Notes: generated by a model from the sequence alone, not told the origin. Numbered from the stretch's first letter, positions 1-12,148 are shown. The stretch: 64,000 nt of DNA from Diplonema japonicum (GCA_964019335.1 OZ025656.1:744001-808000); one strand, 5' to 3'. Numbers and translations: made by a program.

Positions 1-996
1 GTCAAGAAGACGAACACATATATCGTGCCTGTCACACGGGACACAGAATCTGCTAGAGAACGGGAGAGGGACAGTGCCAGAGACAGAGACTCGCGCGATT
101 ACGGAAGAGATCACAGGGACAGTGCCAGGGACTACGGCAGAGATAGCACCCGGGACTACAGGGACAGTGCCAGAGACCATGGCAGAGACAGACGCCAATC
201 AACGAAAGCCTCGGTCTACAGATTAGAAGATGAAGAAGACCACGAGAGGAGGAGCTGGTTCGCCCAAGAGGAAAGGTCGAGGCGGCATATCGAGAAGCGC
301 AACAAGAAAGAGCTAAGAGAGATCGTGGAAGAGAACGGGTCCTTCCCCAGCCCCGACAGGGACAGCGCGAGGTACAGTGAACCGCATAGCGCAATGGAAG
401 CTGCTGCTAAACGGGCGCTACTGGGACCTGGGGAGTTTAATAATTATATCGAGGAGAAGGAGAAGAGGAGAATGGAGCGCAGAATGGAGAGAAGGAAGGA
501 AAGGGAAGAGTACAGGTCGCAGAGAAGGGCGCAGAGGAGGAAGGAGAGAGAGATGTATAAAGAGATGAAGAAGAAGAAGAGCCGGAGTAGAAGCAGGAGC
601 AGAGTGCGAGACATTGACGATTCGTATTCGTATGAACGGGACAGAAGTGTAAGGAGGAGCAGGAGCAGGCGTAGGGAGAGACGTGGGCAGTCGAGGTCGC
701 CCGCAAGGTCTGTGAGGTCTGTGAGGTCTGTGAGCAGGAGTTCTGTGAGATCGCGATCGTCGTATGGCAGCAGGAGGTCCAGGAGGTCCACTTCCAGGAG
801 GAGGGCACGCTCCCGCTCCTGCGCCTCTTCTGACACTGGTGAGGTCAACCACAGGAAGCCATGGCTCCCTCCTGGCTCCTCTTCGTCCGTCACAGGAAAA
901 CGAATCAATTATGGCTTCACTGACTATAACACACACCTGGCAGGCTGGGATGACTACAGCCCTGCTCGCTCACGCAGTGGTCGTAGCTACTACTAA
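1..996 (+). CDS. RS/RD-rich low-complexity protein, 5'-partial
   Basis: Frame is open from position 1 to TAA at 994-996. Contains RDSARD-type repeats, a charged helix and an RS-rich tract, then a non-repetitive C-terminus (HRKPWLPPG...). Confidence 0.7.
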   Translation, partial: VKKTNTYIVPVTRDTESARERERDSARDRDSRDYGRDHRDSARDYGRDSTRDYRDSARDHGRDRRQSTKASVYRLEDEEDHERRSWFAQEERSRRHIEKRNKKELREIVEENGSFPSPDRDSARYSEPHSAMEAAAKRALLGPGEFNNYIEEKEKRRMERRMERRKEREEYRSQRRAQRRKEREMYKEMKKKKSRSRSRSRVRDIDDSYSYERDRSVRRSRSRRRERRGQSRSPARSVRSVRSVSRSSVRSRSSYGSRRSRRSTSRRRARSRSCASSDTGEVNHRKPWLPPGSSSSVTGKRINYGFTDYNTHLAGWDDYSPARSRSGRSYY

Positions 997-1491
997 GCCA
1001 TGCATCAAACCAAGTAAGCAGAGGTGGATGTTGCTTGCTGGTGTGCAAAGAAGAAGGGTTCTCTTCATTCACTTTATGCAAAGAAGAGGTGTTCGTAGAT
1101 GTAATCTTTAATTTCTTTTTTTTCTTTTTGAACGAAATATCCGAGGGGAAAAAGAAACAAAAAATAATGAAAAGTCCCCATTCCCCAGTCCCTTCCCAAA
1201 GATAAGGCAGCTTCGACCCCCGTCTATTTGGCATCAGTCAAAGAAAACTGCAAAAGGAATAAAATAAAATAAAAAGGTCGGAAGTCACCCCTCCCCTGTT
1301 CCCCTCCATCACCTTGTTTAACACCCATGTCTACAGTAACCTTTCATTATTAAAAGCGTCAGATACCGCACCTACTTCCCTCTGGAAGGTTGTGTCCTCC
1401 TGGGTTTTGGGGGGTTTGTTTTTTCTTATTGTAATAATATTGTTGCATTTTTGTTCGTGCCCCATCCACGCAGGGTGGCCAGTAGATGTAG

Positions 1492-2433
1492 ATGCCTCCT
1501 GCTCCCGTTGACGGCTCGGTACCACTCACGGTGTGGAGGGAGTTCCTGAAAGGTGAGTGTGAGTATCCAGAAGATGTGTGGGTGTGGGTTATGCAGAGTG
1601 AGGACTGCGTTGATTTCCAGTACAGAATCAGGGGAGTATTTGAGGCATGGCTCTTCGACAAGCAGAAGCCGTCGAAGAAGAGGCTGGGCATGGTGAAGAA
1701 ACGTGCACTGCACATCACACGGAGGTACCTTCCTGACAATGCATCTCTTCTCCTTTGTACTGACACTGTGTACCCAGACTGTCTTATGGATCCTTGCTGT
1801 TCATACTTGGACAGTGTCAGCACCTCGTGCCTCCCGACAGAGCGCAGCTGGTTCGTAGCCGTTCTCACCGCCGCCCTTCAGACATTTATGAAGATAGATG
1901 ACAGCAACGCGGAACTGATCGCAAAACGAAGCTACACTGAACAAGACAGGGGCCCGCGATGCCTTGCTGCCAACGCAGTCATCTCCATGTGTCTGTGTTG
2001 GGTAGATACACCAACCACCACTGAGGTGCTCAGCATTTTCAGTATGATCACAGGGAGAGGAGATGAGGTTAAACAGCAGCAGAACCTTCCCTCCCACGCG
2101 CACCCTGAGGAGCACGTGGAACGCGCTGCCGTTCTTCTTGCTGCAATTCGACAGCACGCCAATATGAGGGTTCCCACACTTGCCCCAGCTGTGAGCCCCC
2201 AGACTGTGTCAGAAGGGCATTCACATGCCCTACCGCCCGTCACTTTACCATCCCCCGACCCTGAGCCACCCACGTGCCTCGACTTCTGTGTCCACCCACG
2301 TGTTATTACCTCACGGATGCGAAGGAAGCTCCCTTCGTGGTGCACGATGCCGCCGAAGGTGCGGTCTTTTAATTGCAAGGTGCGTCCCAGCGGTGGTTCT
2401 CCAGGGCAGTACAAAATTTATCTAAGGTCCTAG
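1492..2433 (+). CDS. Hypothetical protein (313 aa)
   Basis: Long ORF preceded by a T-rich tract with AG just before the ATG; no family recognised. Confidence 0.65.
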   Translation: MPPAPVDGSVPLTVWREFLKGECEYPEDVWVWVMQSEDCVDFQYRIRGVFEAWLFDKQKPSKKRLGMVKKRALHITRRYLPDNASLLLCTDTVYPDCLMDPCCSYLDSVSTSCLPTERSWFVAVLTAALQTFMKIDDSNAELIAKRSYTEQDRGPRCLAANAVISMCLCWVDTPTTTEVLSIFSMITGRGDEVKQQQNLPSHAHPEEHVERAAVLLAAIRQHANMRVPTLAPAVSPQTVSEGHSHALPPVTLPSPDPEPPTCLDFCVHPRVITSRMRRKLPSWCTMPPKVRSFNCKVRPSGGSPGQYKIYLRS

Positions 2434-2508
2434 TTTGTGAAGTTTCTTGTGCTTCTGACATGCTTTTTTTAATAAGAATTTCACAGAATTGAACACCAAG
2501 GGAGGAAT

Positions 2509-2860
2509 ATGGCATCAACTGACGAGCTTGCCTGTGTCTACGCGGCGCTCATCCTTCACGATGAGGGGTTGGAGTGCACTGCTGACAAGATCAGCACCCT
2601 CACCAAGGCAGCCCAGTTGAATGTTGAGTCGTTCTACCCCGGTCTGTTCGCCTCCTTCCTGGAGCAGTCCTCTCTTGAGGGTCTCCTTGCCAACACGGGT
2701 GGGGCTGCCCCCGAGGCTGCTGCACCTGCTGGTGAGGCTGCTGCTGCCGCTGCACCCGAGGGCAAGAAGGTTTGTTTATTCTTACTTCATACCCTCACCA
2801 TAGGCCGCACCCGAAGACGACGACGAGGAGGAAGAGATGGCCTTTGACATGTTCGACTAA
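2509..2860 (+). CDS. RPLP1: 60S acidic ribosomal protein P1, copy 1 (intron 2770-2803)
   Basis: [19 protein letters not shown]-terminus and Ala-rich hinge. Removing the 34-nt GTTTG..ATAG intron gives the acidic tail [18 protein letters not shown]. Confidence 0.95.
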
Positions 2861-3080
2861 GAACAAGGAATGAACAATTAGAAACACGAAGGGGCGTATG
2901 CAGAGATGCGCCAGAAGCCATAACCGTTACGTACTTGCCACTCCTATACAGCTTGCCCATCGATGGGGGTGGCGGCCTCTATTGTCTCTGGAGTATTTCT
3001 ATTTGCTTGATTCCATTTTTTCCAGCTTTTTATACTTGTTTTTAACTTATCTCAGGAGATCGATCGATTAAGGGAGGAAT

Positions 3081-3432
3081 ATGGCATCAACTGACGAGCT
3101 TGCCTGTGTCTACGCGGCGCTCATCCTTCACGATGAGGGGTTGGAGTGCACTGCTGACAAGATCAGCACCCTCACCAAGGCAGCCCAGTTGAATGTTGAG
3201 TCGTTCTACCCCGGTCTGTTCGCCTCCTTCCTGGAGCAGTCCTCTCTTGAGGGGCTCCTTGCCAACACGGGTGGGGCTGCCCCCGAGGCTGCTGCACCTG
3301 CTGGTGAGGCTGCTGCTGCCGCTGCACCCGAGGGCAAGAAGGTTTGTTTATTCTTACTTCATACCCTCACCATAGGCCGCACCCGAAGACGACGACGAGG
3401 AGGAAGAGATGGCCTTTGACATGTTCGACTAG
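3081..3432 (+). CDS. RPLP1: 60S acidic ribosomal protein P1, copy 2 (intron 3342-3375)
   Basis: Same protein and same intron as copy 1; TAG stop at 3430-3432. Confidence 0.95.
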
Positions 3433-3487
3433 ACGTGTTTATGCAGTTGAGCCTTCGCCACATCACCACACACAGGTACCCTTTAAG

Positions 3488-6400
3488 ATGGAGGGCGATG
3501 GGGTATCGAGCATACAGTGCGTTGAGATCCTTTCAAGCGATGGAAACACCCCCCCGCAGCAGCTTGTATTTAGGGGGAGCTATCACGACCTGGACCTAGC
3601 TGTGAAAGTGATGATGATCCCCGAGGAAGCAAGCGAGATTGTGACTGAGATTTTGAGTGACGAGACGAAGTCTGATTTAGTGCACCAGATCTTACAGGTG
3701 AAGGACTACCACTGGGTAGTCATGAAGTATTGTGACTGCAGTATAGGCGATGCCATAGCGTTACTGAAGTCCATTACAGAAGAAGAGATACAGGCGGTGG
3801 TTTGGTGGACACTCCAAGCGCTAGACAAGTGGCATGGCTGCGAATCAGTACACGGGAACATCAAGCCAAACAATATACTCCTCTTCGAGGGGCAGGTTGT
3901 ACTCTCAGACCAAGGATTAGGTGAGCTCTCAGTGAACCTGCACCCTGCGCGGCTGTGTCCAGAAGGGGAGCACTTCAACGACCTTCCGCCTGCTGACATC
4001 TGGGCTTTAGGGGTGTCCATTATCGAGATGATTGACAAAGTGCCGCCTTACTACCAGCTCAATGACAAGGAGATCGAAGAGCGGCAGAAAGAGGGTGCTC
4101 CGGAAATCACGTCGAGGGCATCCAGGAGCAGTGCCATGAACGACTTCGTCTCGCAGTGCCTGGAGGTGAAGCCCGAGAGGCGTGCAACTATCGAGACACT
4201 CATCAATCACCCATGGATGTCACAGGTGACAGAAGAGGGTGCCGAAGTCTGTGTACATAACATCACCGACCGTGTCACCAACGTGATGAACGAATGGCAC
4301 ACAGTCAACGGCGGGCATGCCCCTATGCTCCGCGTTATCCGAACCTTCCAGCAGCAGCTCTCCGACTCCAAGGGTTCGGTCCTTGAAGATATCATGCCCA
4401 CAACTCTGCAGCCTCCATTTGAGAACTTGACAGAATTACCCGAGTGCGTGCAGCCTGAGAAGGAGCCTGAGCCGGTTGTCTTGCGTGACAAAACCGCTGG
4501 TGAGTTCTGGCTGTCCAAGCCAGACCCCTCCCTAGAACCGCAGGCAACTGTCATCACCAACGTCACTCGTGTGGATGCTTACATCATGGGCCCCAATCTG
4601 AGCGTGCTTGTCAGACGCATGCGGAATGGATCCCTCATGATCGGCCCCTGCAAGGGGGTAGTCAGACTCGAAGGGCTCGAGAACGTGAAGGTGTCCGTGG
4701 CCGCTAGACGGGTCGAAATGGAGGCGTGCCAGGACGTATGTCTCACGCTGTACACGCAAGAGCCGCTGCAGCTCGAAGGGTGTGCCTTAGAGTCCTTAGA
4801 GATAGAACCGTGGAACTGGAGGTACCCCAGACAAGCGGAGCTCATGAAGCTTGCAAGCCTAGACCCTTATGAGAACAGGTGGAACGAGATTGAGATCAAC
4901 GACGTGAACGACCAGGGCTTGAGACTGCTTCGGGATCCATATGCCCTTTTCAGTGAGAAGGACTTCCAACCAGAGAAAGAAGAGCTAGGGGAGCAGTCAG
5001 TGTTTCTGCTGAAGGATGTGAAGGCTTCCGTGCGACCCGATGAGCAGGACTGCATCTACATCTCTTCGCGGAAGCAGGTCAGAGTGGTGAGATGCCCTGG
5101 TGAACTAGAGGGCAAGAAGAATGTGCTTCTGGAAGAAAACAGCAGGTGTGAATTCATGTTCCTGGACTGTTTAGAAAATGTGGAGCTGCATAATCTGAAT
5201 GCTTGCCAGGTAGTGTTGGGGCCAACGAGGAAGCTGACGTTACGAGGTTTGGTGAGCTGTGTTGTCATAGTAGCGTGCAAAGAAGTGAAGATTTTTGGGT
5301 GCACCGAGGCGTGCATCTTCATGTGGAGCGAGACGCCCCCCATTGTCATCAGTAGCGTGTTGGAGATTGCGGAGTTCAATACCTGCTGGCCACTGCTGAA
5401 CGAACAGGTCAAGAAGATGGACTTCAAGGGAAAGGGTGAGCACCATGACATCCGTGACGGCGGTGAGGAGATGAGCGATGTGGCAAAGCTTGAAGCTGTT
5501 CCGTACAGAGAGATACCTGTCGTGGACAGTTCTGGAGATCTCATCGCTCCTATGGTGTTCCCTTTTGACGACTCGGAACTCGAGCGTGGCGATGAGATCA
5601 ACTGCGACTTCAAGCCCATCACGTCGCGAAGAACGGGGATAAGAAACTTCAGGAGCACTATCGGGGACTGCGAGGACATGCGGTCACTCACCAATAACAG
5701 TGTGATCCCTTTCCCGAAGGATTTTCTAAACAGCTCCGGCACTGCCATCCTGAGTATAAATAACATGCTTGTGAGCAGGAATGACGGCACGATCAGTGGG
5801 AGGCTGGTTATTGAAAATGTTAATAGCAGCGAAGTCTTGATTTTCGACAGGTCGGAAAGCGCGTCTGTAAAGACCGTGATGGGGTCAAAGCTCATCATCG
5901 GCCCCGTGCAGAATGTGCTGGTGATCGAAGACTGTGAGGACACAATCATCGTGGCTGCCGCCTCTGAGATCATTGTAAAGCGATGCAAAAACTGCAAGCT
6001 GTACTTGTGGTGCGGTGACAACTTCGTCCTCCACGCCTCTTCTGTAGAGCTGTTCCCTTTCAACGTGGTTTATCCGAAGCTTGCGGAACAGGCAGTTGCT
6101 GCTTTTGGCGAAAGTCGATTAGCACTCCCATCGCGGCACGCAAAGGTGCTGGACCTATCAAAGAACGACTCAAGGTATCCTGAGCCGCATTACAACGTCT
6201 ATGCTGCTGCTGACATACCACAAGAGATTATTACAGTTGTAGGCGAGTCACCTTCTGCTTTTCCTTTCCTTCCTGTTCCCACGTTACTTCTGTCAGATCT
6301 CTCCGACTCCGAAAGCGAGCCCCAATCACCCACATCGCCCCAGGATGTTGTGGTCAAGTCACCCAATATCGTGAGCCATGTGTCAGAAGAACGAGTCGAG

Positions 6401-9400
6401 CGTGAGCTCAATAGTCTGAACGGGAGCGCATTCGAAATCGACCACGCGGTCAAGAGCACTATCATTATCGCTGATGTTGCCACCTTCGTGACGGTGTCCG
6501 ACTGCAGCTCATCTGAAATCGTGATCGGGCCGACCGAGGGTATTATAACCCTCAAGAATCTGGTTGACTGCAAGGTGTGGTGTATCTCGTCATCTCTGGA
6601 AGTGACTAACCTTAACGGCTGTCAGCTGCATCTCTTCTGCTCTTCCCCTCCCATCCTACACAATGTCACAGCCACAACGCTGTCCCCCTTCAACGCGAGA
6701 CTACCCAACCTCCCTTTATTGTTTGAGAGGGCTGGCATAGACAGAGCAGTGAATGTGTTTGACAAGCCTGAGTTACGAAGCTGCGATGTCACGCTGCCCG
6801 AGTACAAGAACATTCTTCCTCTGCAAAACTTTAAGCTCCTCCTGCGGTTGCTTGAAGACCCGGTTTGCGTACCCGAGATCGAGGATTTTTTGACAGGTAA
6901 GACACCTGAGCCTGTTGTACCGGCCCCCGAGCCCGCACTTGAGCCTGTGGAACCAGTCGTGGCCACTTCCGATGAACCTATTTGGAGAGCAGCAGTGAAC
7001 GCAGCTTTGCATGGGGAAGACATGAAAGGTCCGTGGGACGTAGCTGGCGAGAGTCGTCCGACTCCTGCGAAATGGTTCAAGTCGGAGGTAACTGCGACCT
7101 CGGTAAGCTTTTTCACTGGAAAGACTGTTGTGATTCCAGAATCAGACTTCAAGAAAGGACAACAGGTATGATCCAATGCATGTGCTTGCAGTATATTACA
7201 GGTTGAGCTCAACGAGCTAGTTGACTGCCGTGTTGTGGTTCTTGGTTCTTGCAACAACTACATGATCGATAAGTGCAAGAACTGTGAGTTTGTTCTTGGG
7301 CCTTGCAGTGCTGCTTTGTTCATTCGCACCTGCGAGAATTTGTGCATCACAGGTGCCTGCCGACAGCTCAGGCTCTACGAGCTCATTGATTCCGAGCTCT
7401 TCCTTCATGTTGAAACAGACCCTTGTGTTGAGTCTTCGAAGGATATCATTCTACGCCCGTTGAACATGAGGTGTGCCTTGCCCTGTTTCACCACACCACA
7501 CACAGGATGCCTGGTCTCATCAACGCCTTTGAAGAAGCGAAGTTGAAGGCAGGTGAGAATCGCTTTCATCATGCAGCTGACTTCAATACCTTTTCGAATG
7601 CAGATGCTGTGATCGGATTCAAGATACCTGACTGGGTGGGGGTTCTGAAGATGCGCTCGATTGCATACTTCGGCCATGGCAGTGCAGATGCTCCTGAAGG
7701 TGTGATGCAAATCTTGGAAGGTGCATCACGAGGGGGCGCAAGCCTTGAGAAGTCTTCTGGTGTGTACAGGATGGGCGAGCAGGGGGTCACTGCAAAAGCA
7801 GCCTTCCAGCAGCATGTGGTGTGTGAGGCTGTTGAGGTCGGTGTGCAGGATGACGACGGCGGCAATAATGAAGAAGGTGTCAACGAATACCGTGACGATG
7901 ATGATGGTGATAATGAAGGTGATGTTGATGATGAGAGTGACCTCACACTGGACAGCGACATGCGGTCAGGACGATCAACAACAAAGAAGTCGAATGAGGT
8001 GGAGAAAGAAGCGGAGGTAGCAAGTAAAGCAGGGCTAACAGTAGAGACCATTTCCGATGAAAGTACACAGGAGGTACCGGGAAGACTCAAACTGTTCGCA
8101 GGACGGCGTCTAGCTCCCCATGCGGTATGCATATAGCCTTTTAGACCTTCACAGGACTACACTCTAAGCCCGTTGCCTGTAGGGGATATTTTGTCGTGTA
8201 TACCTACTCCATACAGGGTATGTTAAGCTACCAATACTTACAGTCAACAGGAGTCACTTACGATACTCCACGCATCACTGGTAGATGAGTTTGCTAGCAT
8301 TAAGCCACTCGTGGTTAGCACAGACAAGGGCACGCTATTCGGTACTCTGGGGGATATGACAGTGGAAGGCGACTGCATCCTCGTGCAGGGTGCTGTGGGT
8401 GGCACTCTCAACATCAAGGGCTACAGCTCGCGGGTTATACTTGACAATTGTGAGAATCTCACCGTCAGGACTGATATTCTCGACACTTTGTGGGTGTACA
8501 ACTGCAACAACTGCAGTGTGTTCACCGTGTGTAAAAGTCTTCTGATCGGTGGCTGCGTTGACTGCAATGTCAACACTTACGTTACGTCACCGCCAATCCT
8601 TGAGCGCTGCCGGGACATTACCCTTCGCCAGTGGTCTCAATGCGTGACGAACGGCATGCTCCGTCCGGAATTTCGCAGGGCAGTCAATCACTACGACCGC
8701 CCCTTTGATCTCTCCAAGCCCGGTCTGGCATCCTCCCCTTCTCGGATTATTTCTGTTGTCGAGAGCCCCTCTTTCACAATAGATACGAAGACCTTACCCG
8801 ATGCGCTGTCGCCGTTGTTGAAGAAGACGTTCTCAGCCTTCGACTACAATGACACCAACAAGAATGCTACTAGCAGCAGCGCTCTTAACAGTGCCCCAGA
8901 GCCACCTGCTGCTGTTCAGCCCACACCTGCACCAGCCCCCGAGCCCGCACTTGAGCCTGTGGAGCCAGTCGTGGCCACTTCCGATGAACCTATTTGGAGA
9001 GCAGCAGTGAACGCAGCTTTGCATGGGGAAGACATGAAAGGTCCGTGGGACGTAGCTGGCGAGAGTCGTCCGACTCCTGCGAAATGGTTCAAGTCGGAGG
9101 TAACTGCGACCTCGGTAAGCTTTTTCACTGGAAAGACTGTTGTGATTCCAGAATCAGACTTCAAGAAAGGACAACAGGTATGATCCAATGCATGTGCTTG
9201 CAGTATATTACAGGTTGAGCTCAACGAGCTAGTTGACTGCCGTGTTGTGGTTCTTGGTTCTTGCAACAACTACATGATCGATAAGTGCAAGAACTGTGAG
9301 TTTGTTCTTGGGCCTTGCAGTGCTGCTTTGTTCATTCGCACCTGCGAGAATTTGTGCATCACAGGTGCCTGCCGACAGCTCAGGCTCTACGAGCTCATTG

Positions 9401-10330
9401 ATTCCGAGCTCTTCCTTCATGTTGAAACAGACCCTTGTGTTGAGTCTTCGAAGGATATCATTCTACGCCCGTTGAACATGAGGTGTGCCTTGCCCTGTTT
9501 CACCACACCACACACAGGATGCCTGGTCTCATCAACGCCTTTGAAGAAGCGAAGTTGAAGGCAGGTGAGAATCGCTTTCATCATGCAGCTGACTTCAATA
9601 CCTTTTCGAATGCAGATGCTGTGATCGGATTCAAGATACCTGACTGGGTGGGGGTTCTGAAGATGCGCTCGATTGCATACTTCGGCCATGGCAGTGCAGA
9701 TGCTCCTGAAGGTGTGATGCAAATCTTGGAAGGTGCATCACGAGGGGGCGCAAGCCTTGAGAAGTCTTCTGGTGTGTACAGGATGGGCGAGCAGGGGGTC
9801 ACTGCAAAAGCAGCCTTCCAGCAGCATGTGGTGTGTGAGGCTGTTGACAATGAAGATGGTGACAACGAAGACTGTGACAATGATGATGGTGATAATGATG
9901 ATGTTGATGATGAGAGTGACCTCACACTGGACAGCGACATGCGGTCAGGACGATCAACAACAAAGAAGTCGAATGAGGTGGAGAAAGAAGCGGAGGTAGC
10001 AGCAAATGCACGGGTGAACAGCATACCACTGGCGAGTGAGATAGTTGAGCCGAAGGTCCACATAGACGTCACGAACAGTCATCAGGAAATTGCTAGCGAA
10101 ATTATAAAAAAACTCTCAATGCCTGGGATCACCGTACCGCCTTCTATGGGCGAGGAGGTAGCCAGTAAGCTACAGGTATGTTGTCACAGGCTTTCGAACG
10201 AACGACCCCACAGATATCGCTGAAGGGAGCAAGTGTAAAGCTTGAAAGAATAAAATCCAGTTGGAAGGAAATCGAGACCTTAGAAGAGACGGTAGACGCA
10301 CTCCTTGAGGAGATAGGGATTAATAACTAG
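3488..10330 (+). CDS. STE20/MST-like pseudokinase fused to seven TBCC/RP2 (C-CAP/cofactor C) domains, ~2199 aa; introns 7166-7201, 7471-7505, 8125-8154, 8218-8250, 9178-9213, 9483-9517, 10176-10213
   Basis: N-terminal kinase fold (AVK, WVVMKYC, HGNIKPNNILL, ADIWALGVSIIEM..PPY, FVSQCL..PERRAT). Repeated beta-helix segments with (I/L)GP, C-x-N-C and FNxxYP-like ends; GACRQLR and DPCVESS in two domains. Seven GT-AG introns join the ORF fragments in frame (exon sum 6600 nt). Confidence 0.8.
6923..7835 (+). repeat. Intragenic direct repeat, copy A (one TBCC module with two introns)
   Basis: Near-identical to 8935-9847 (offset 2012), introns included. After a divergent acidic linker, identity resumes at about 7921-8022 vs 9900-10001. 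Confidence 0.95.
8935..9847 (+). repeat. Intragenic direct repeat, copy B
   Basis: Matches 6923-7835; the ORF track shows identical peptides at +2012. Confidence 0.95.
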
Positions 10331-10436
10331 ATTTTACAGGTTTTCTGTCTTTTAACCAATTTTGTTTAATAAGTTTTATTCCACGGAATCCACAATCAAG
10401 AGCTTTCGAGACTCACCAGAGTCATACAGGTGTGCA

Positions 10437-11862
10437 ATGGCAGGGGAGGGTGAGGGCGGGTATGGAATGTGGCCACCACAAGAGTGCAGCCACCTGACGC
10501 TTGAAAAGGCAGAAGTTTCCAGGAGCTACGTGAACAATTACTATAACAAGCTCTGCGACGACAGGGAGAAATTCAACGTGGAACACTCGAGGCCTCTGCA
10601 GAAGAAGATACAGCAGAAGGATTTTGAACTGCTGACACTGATTGGAAGGGGTGCCTTCGGGGAAGTTAGATTGTGCAGAAGGAAAAAGCAGCCAGAAAAG
10701 GTCATGGCGATAAAAAAGCTTCACAAGCAGCACATGGTCAATAAGAACCAAGTGCAACACGTGAGGGCGGAGAGGGATGTGCTGGTGGAGTCAGGATGCA
10801 ACCAGAAGAATCCATGGATCACAGATTTGTATTATTCCTTTCAGGACAAAGACTACCTGTACTTGGTAATGGAGTTCTTGCCTGGCGGCGACATGATGAC
10901 TTGGCTGATCAAGTACGACACTTTCGAGGAGAGCATTGCGCAGTTCTATGCTGCTGAGTTAATCTTGGCTGTGCACTCTATACACAAAATGAGGGTATTG
11001 CACTACACGACACTACACTGCACCACAGTATGCGCACCGTGACATTAAGCCTGATAACATTCTCCTTGACCGGAATGGGCATATCAAGCTCACGGACTTT
11101 GGGTATGCCAACGAAGGACCACATCACCACCCACACCACCACAGGCTCTGCAAACAGTTCGACGTGTCGAACCTCCCTATCGACGAGATCTTGCAGTGCG
11201 GAGTAACCGAGACTGAAGAGCAGCCGAACACGGAGCAAAGCTACCAAGACAAAAAGGCAACGTGGAAGGGGATGAGAAATAGGAAGATGTTCTGGAGCGC
11301 TGTTGGTTCCCCGGGCTACGTTGCCCCTGAGGTTCTCATGAAGCAAGGCTACAGCTTGGACTGCGACTGGTGGAGTGTGGGCATCATCCTGTACGAGATG
11401 CTATGCGGATATCCTCCTTTCTACGCGGACGACATTATGCTGACATGTCACAAGATCGTGAAGTGGCGGGAGTACCTGGACTTCCCTCCTGATGGCGACT
11501 GCCCTAGCGAAGCAGCAATCGGGATGATTAAAAAGTTGCTTTGCGATCCTGAGGAGCGGCCTTCATTCGACTCGATTGTGTCAGACAGGTTCTTCGAGGG
11601 TATTAACTGGAAAAACCTTCGCAACCAGCCGCCGCCATTCGTCCCGCAGTTGCAGTCGGATCTCGACGTCTCGTACTTCGATGTCCCCGAGGCCGACACC
11701 AACGTCGCCCCACAGCAGCGTGCCATCAAGGACACTAAGTACCTGTTCTATGGGTTCACTGCAAAGCTTGGGGGCAACACGACTAAAAAGCACAAAAGCA
11801 GCAAGTCTAGGCTGCCTATTCCTGAAGAGTTTCGATCGCCACCGGAAGACACGCCCAAGTAG
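10437..11862 (+). CDS. STK38: NDR/LATS-family AGC Ser/Thr kinase (introns 10995-11028, 11103-11144)
   Basis: GRGAFGEV, HVRAERDVL, LYLVMEFLPGGDMM. Splicing restores YAHRDIKPDN and DFGLCK; subdomain VII-VIII insert; DCDWWSVG; hydrophobic motif YLFYGFT. Confidence 0.92.
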
Positions 11863-12148
11863 CTTCTTCCTAACGTGATACGTATCTGATAGAACTGATA
11901 CAACAACCCTGCATCCTCGCATGCCGCTGCTTCAATCTCAAAGGACACTCGGCATCCTTCGCGACAGACCTCAGCCCACGCCAACCGGGCATCTATCCAT
12001 GAGCGGTCGCTCCATAGGTGACGGTCTTTTCCTCACACGGCGGGGTGCTACTAGGTAACTGGGGTATTGGTGGGGGAGTGATTCTTTTTTTTTTTTTGAC
12101 TGCTTTCTGTTGTTTGACACCGAGTGGCACGCGACTCACTACAGGCAG

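Noticed and set aside
60-190. Short GGGACAGTGCCAG repeats resembling an array
   Set aside because: They encode RDSARD peptide repeats; no CRISPR-like repeat-spacer regularity.
2498-2508. AAGGGAGG before the RPLP1 ATGs resembling a Shine-Dalgarno site
   Set aside because: The genes are eukaryotic and intron-containing, and the motif is not seen before other genes.
3344-3487. ORF-track N-terminal extensions from TTG/GTG or upstream ATG starts (also 10362, 12110, 13333, 32189, 50611, 52171, 60891)
   Set aside because: They run through upstream genes, introns or pyrimidine tracts; the ATG just after the ACAG/CAG fits better.
7166-7171. Stop-codon readthrough or an alternative genetic code to explain broken ORFs
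   Set aside because: Every break examined is explained by a GT-AG mini-intron, and TAA, TAG and TGA all act as normal terminators.
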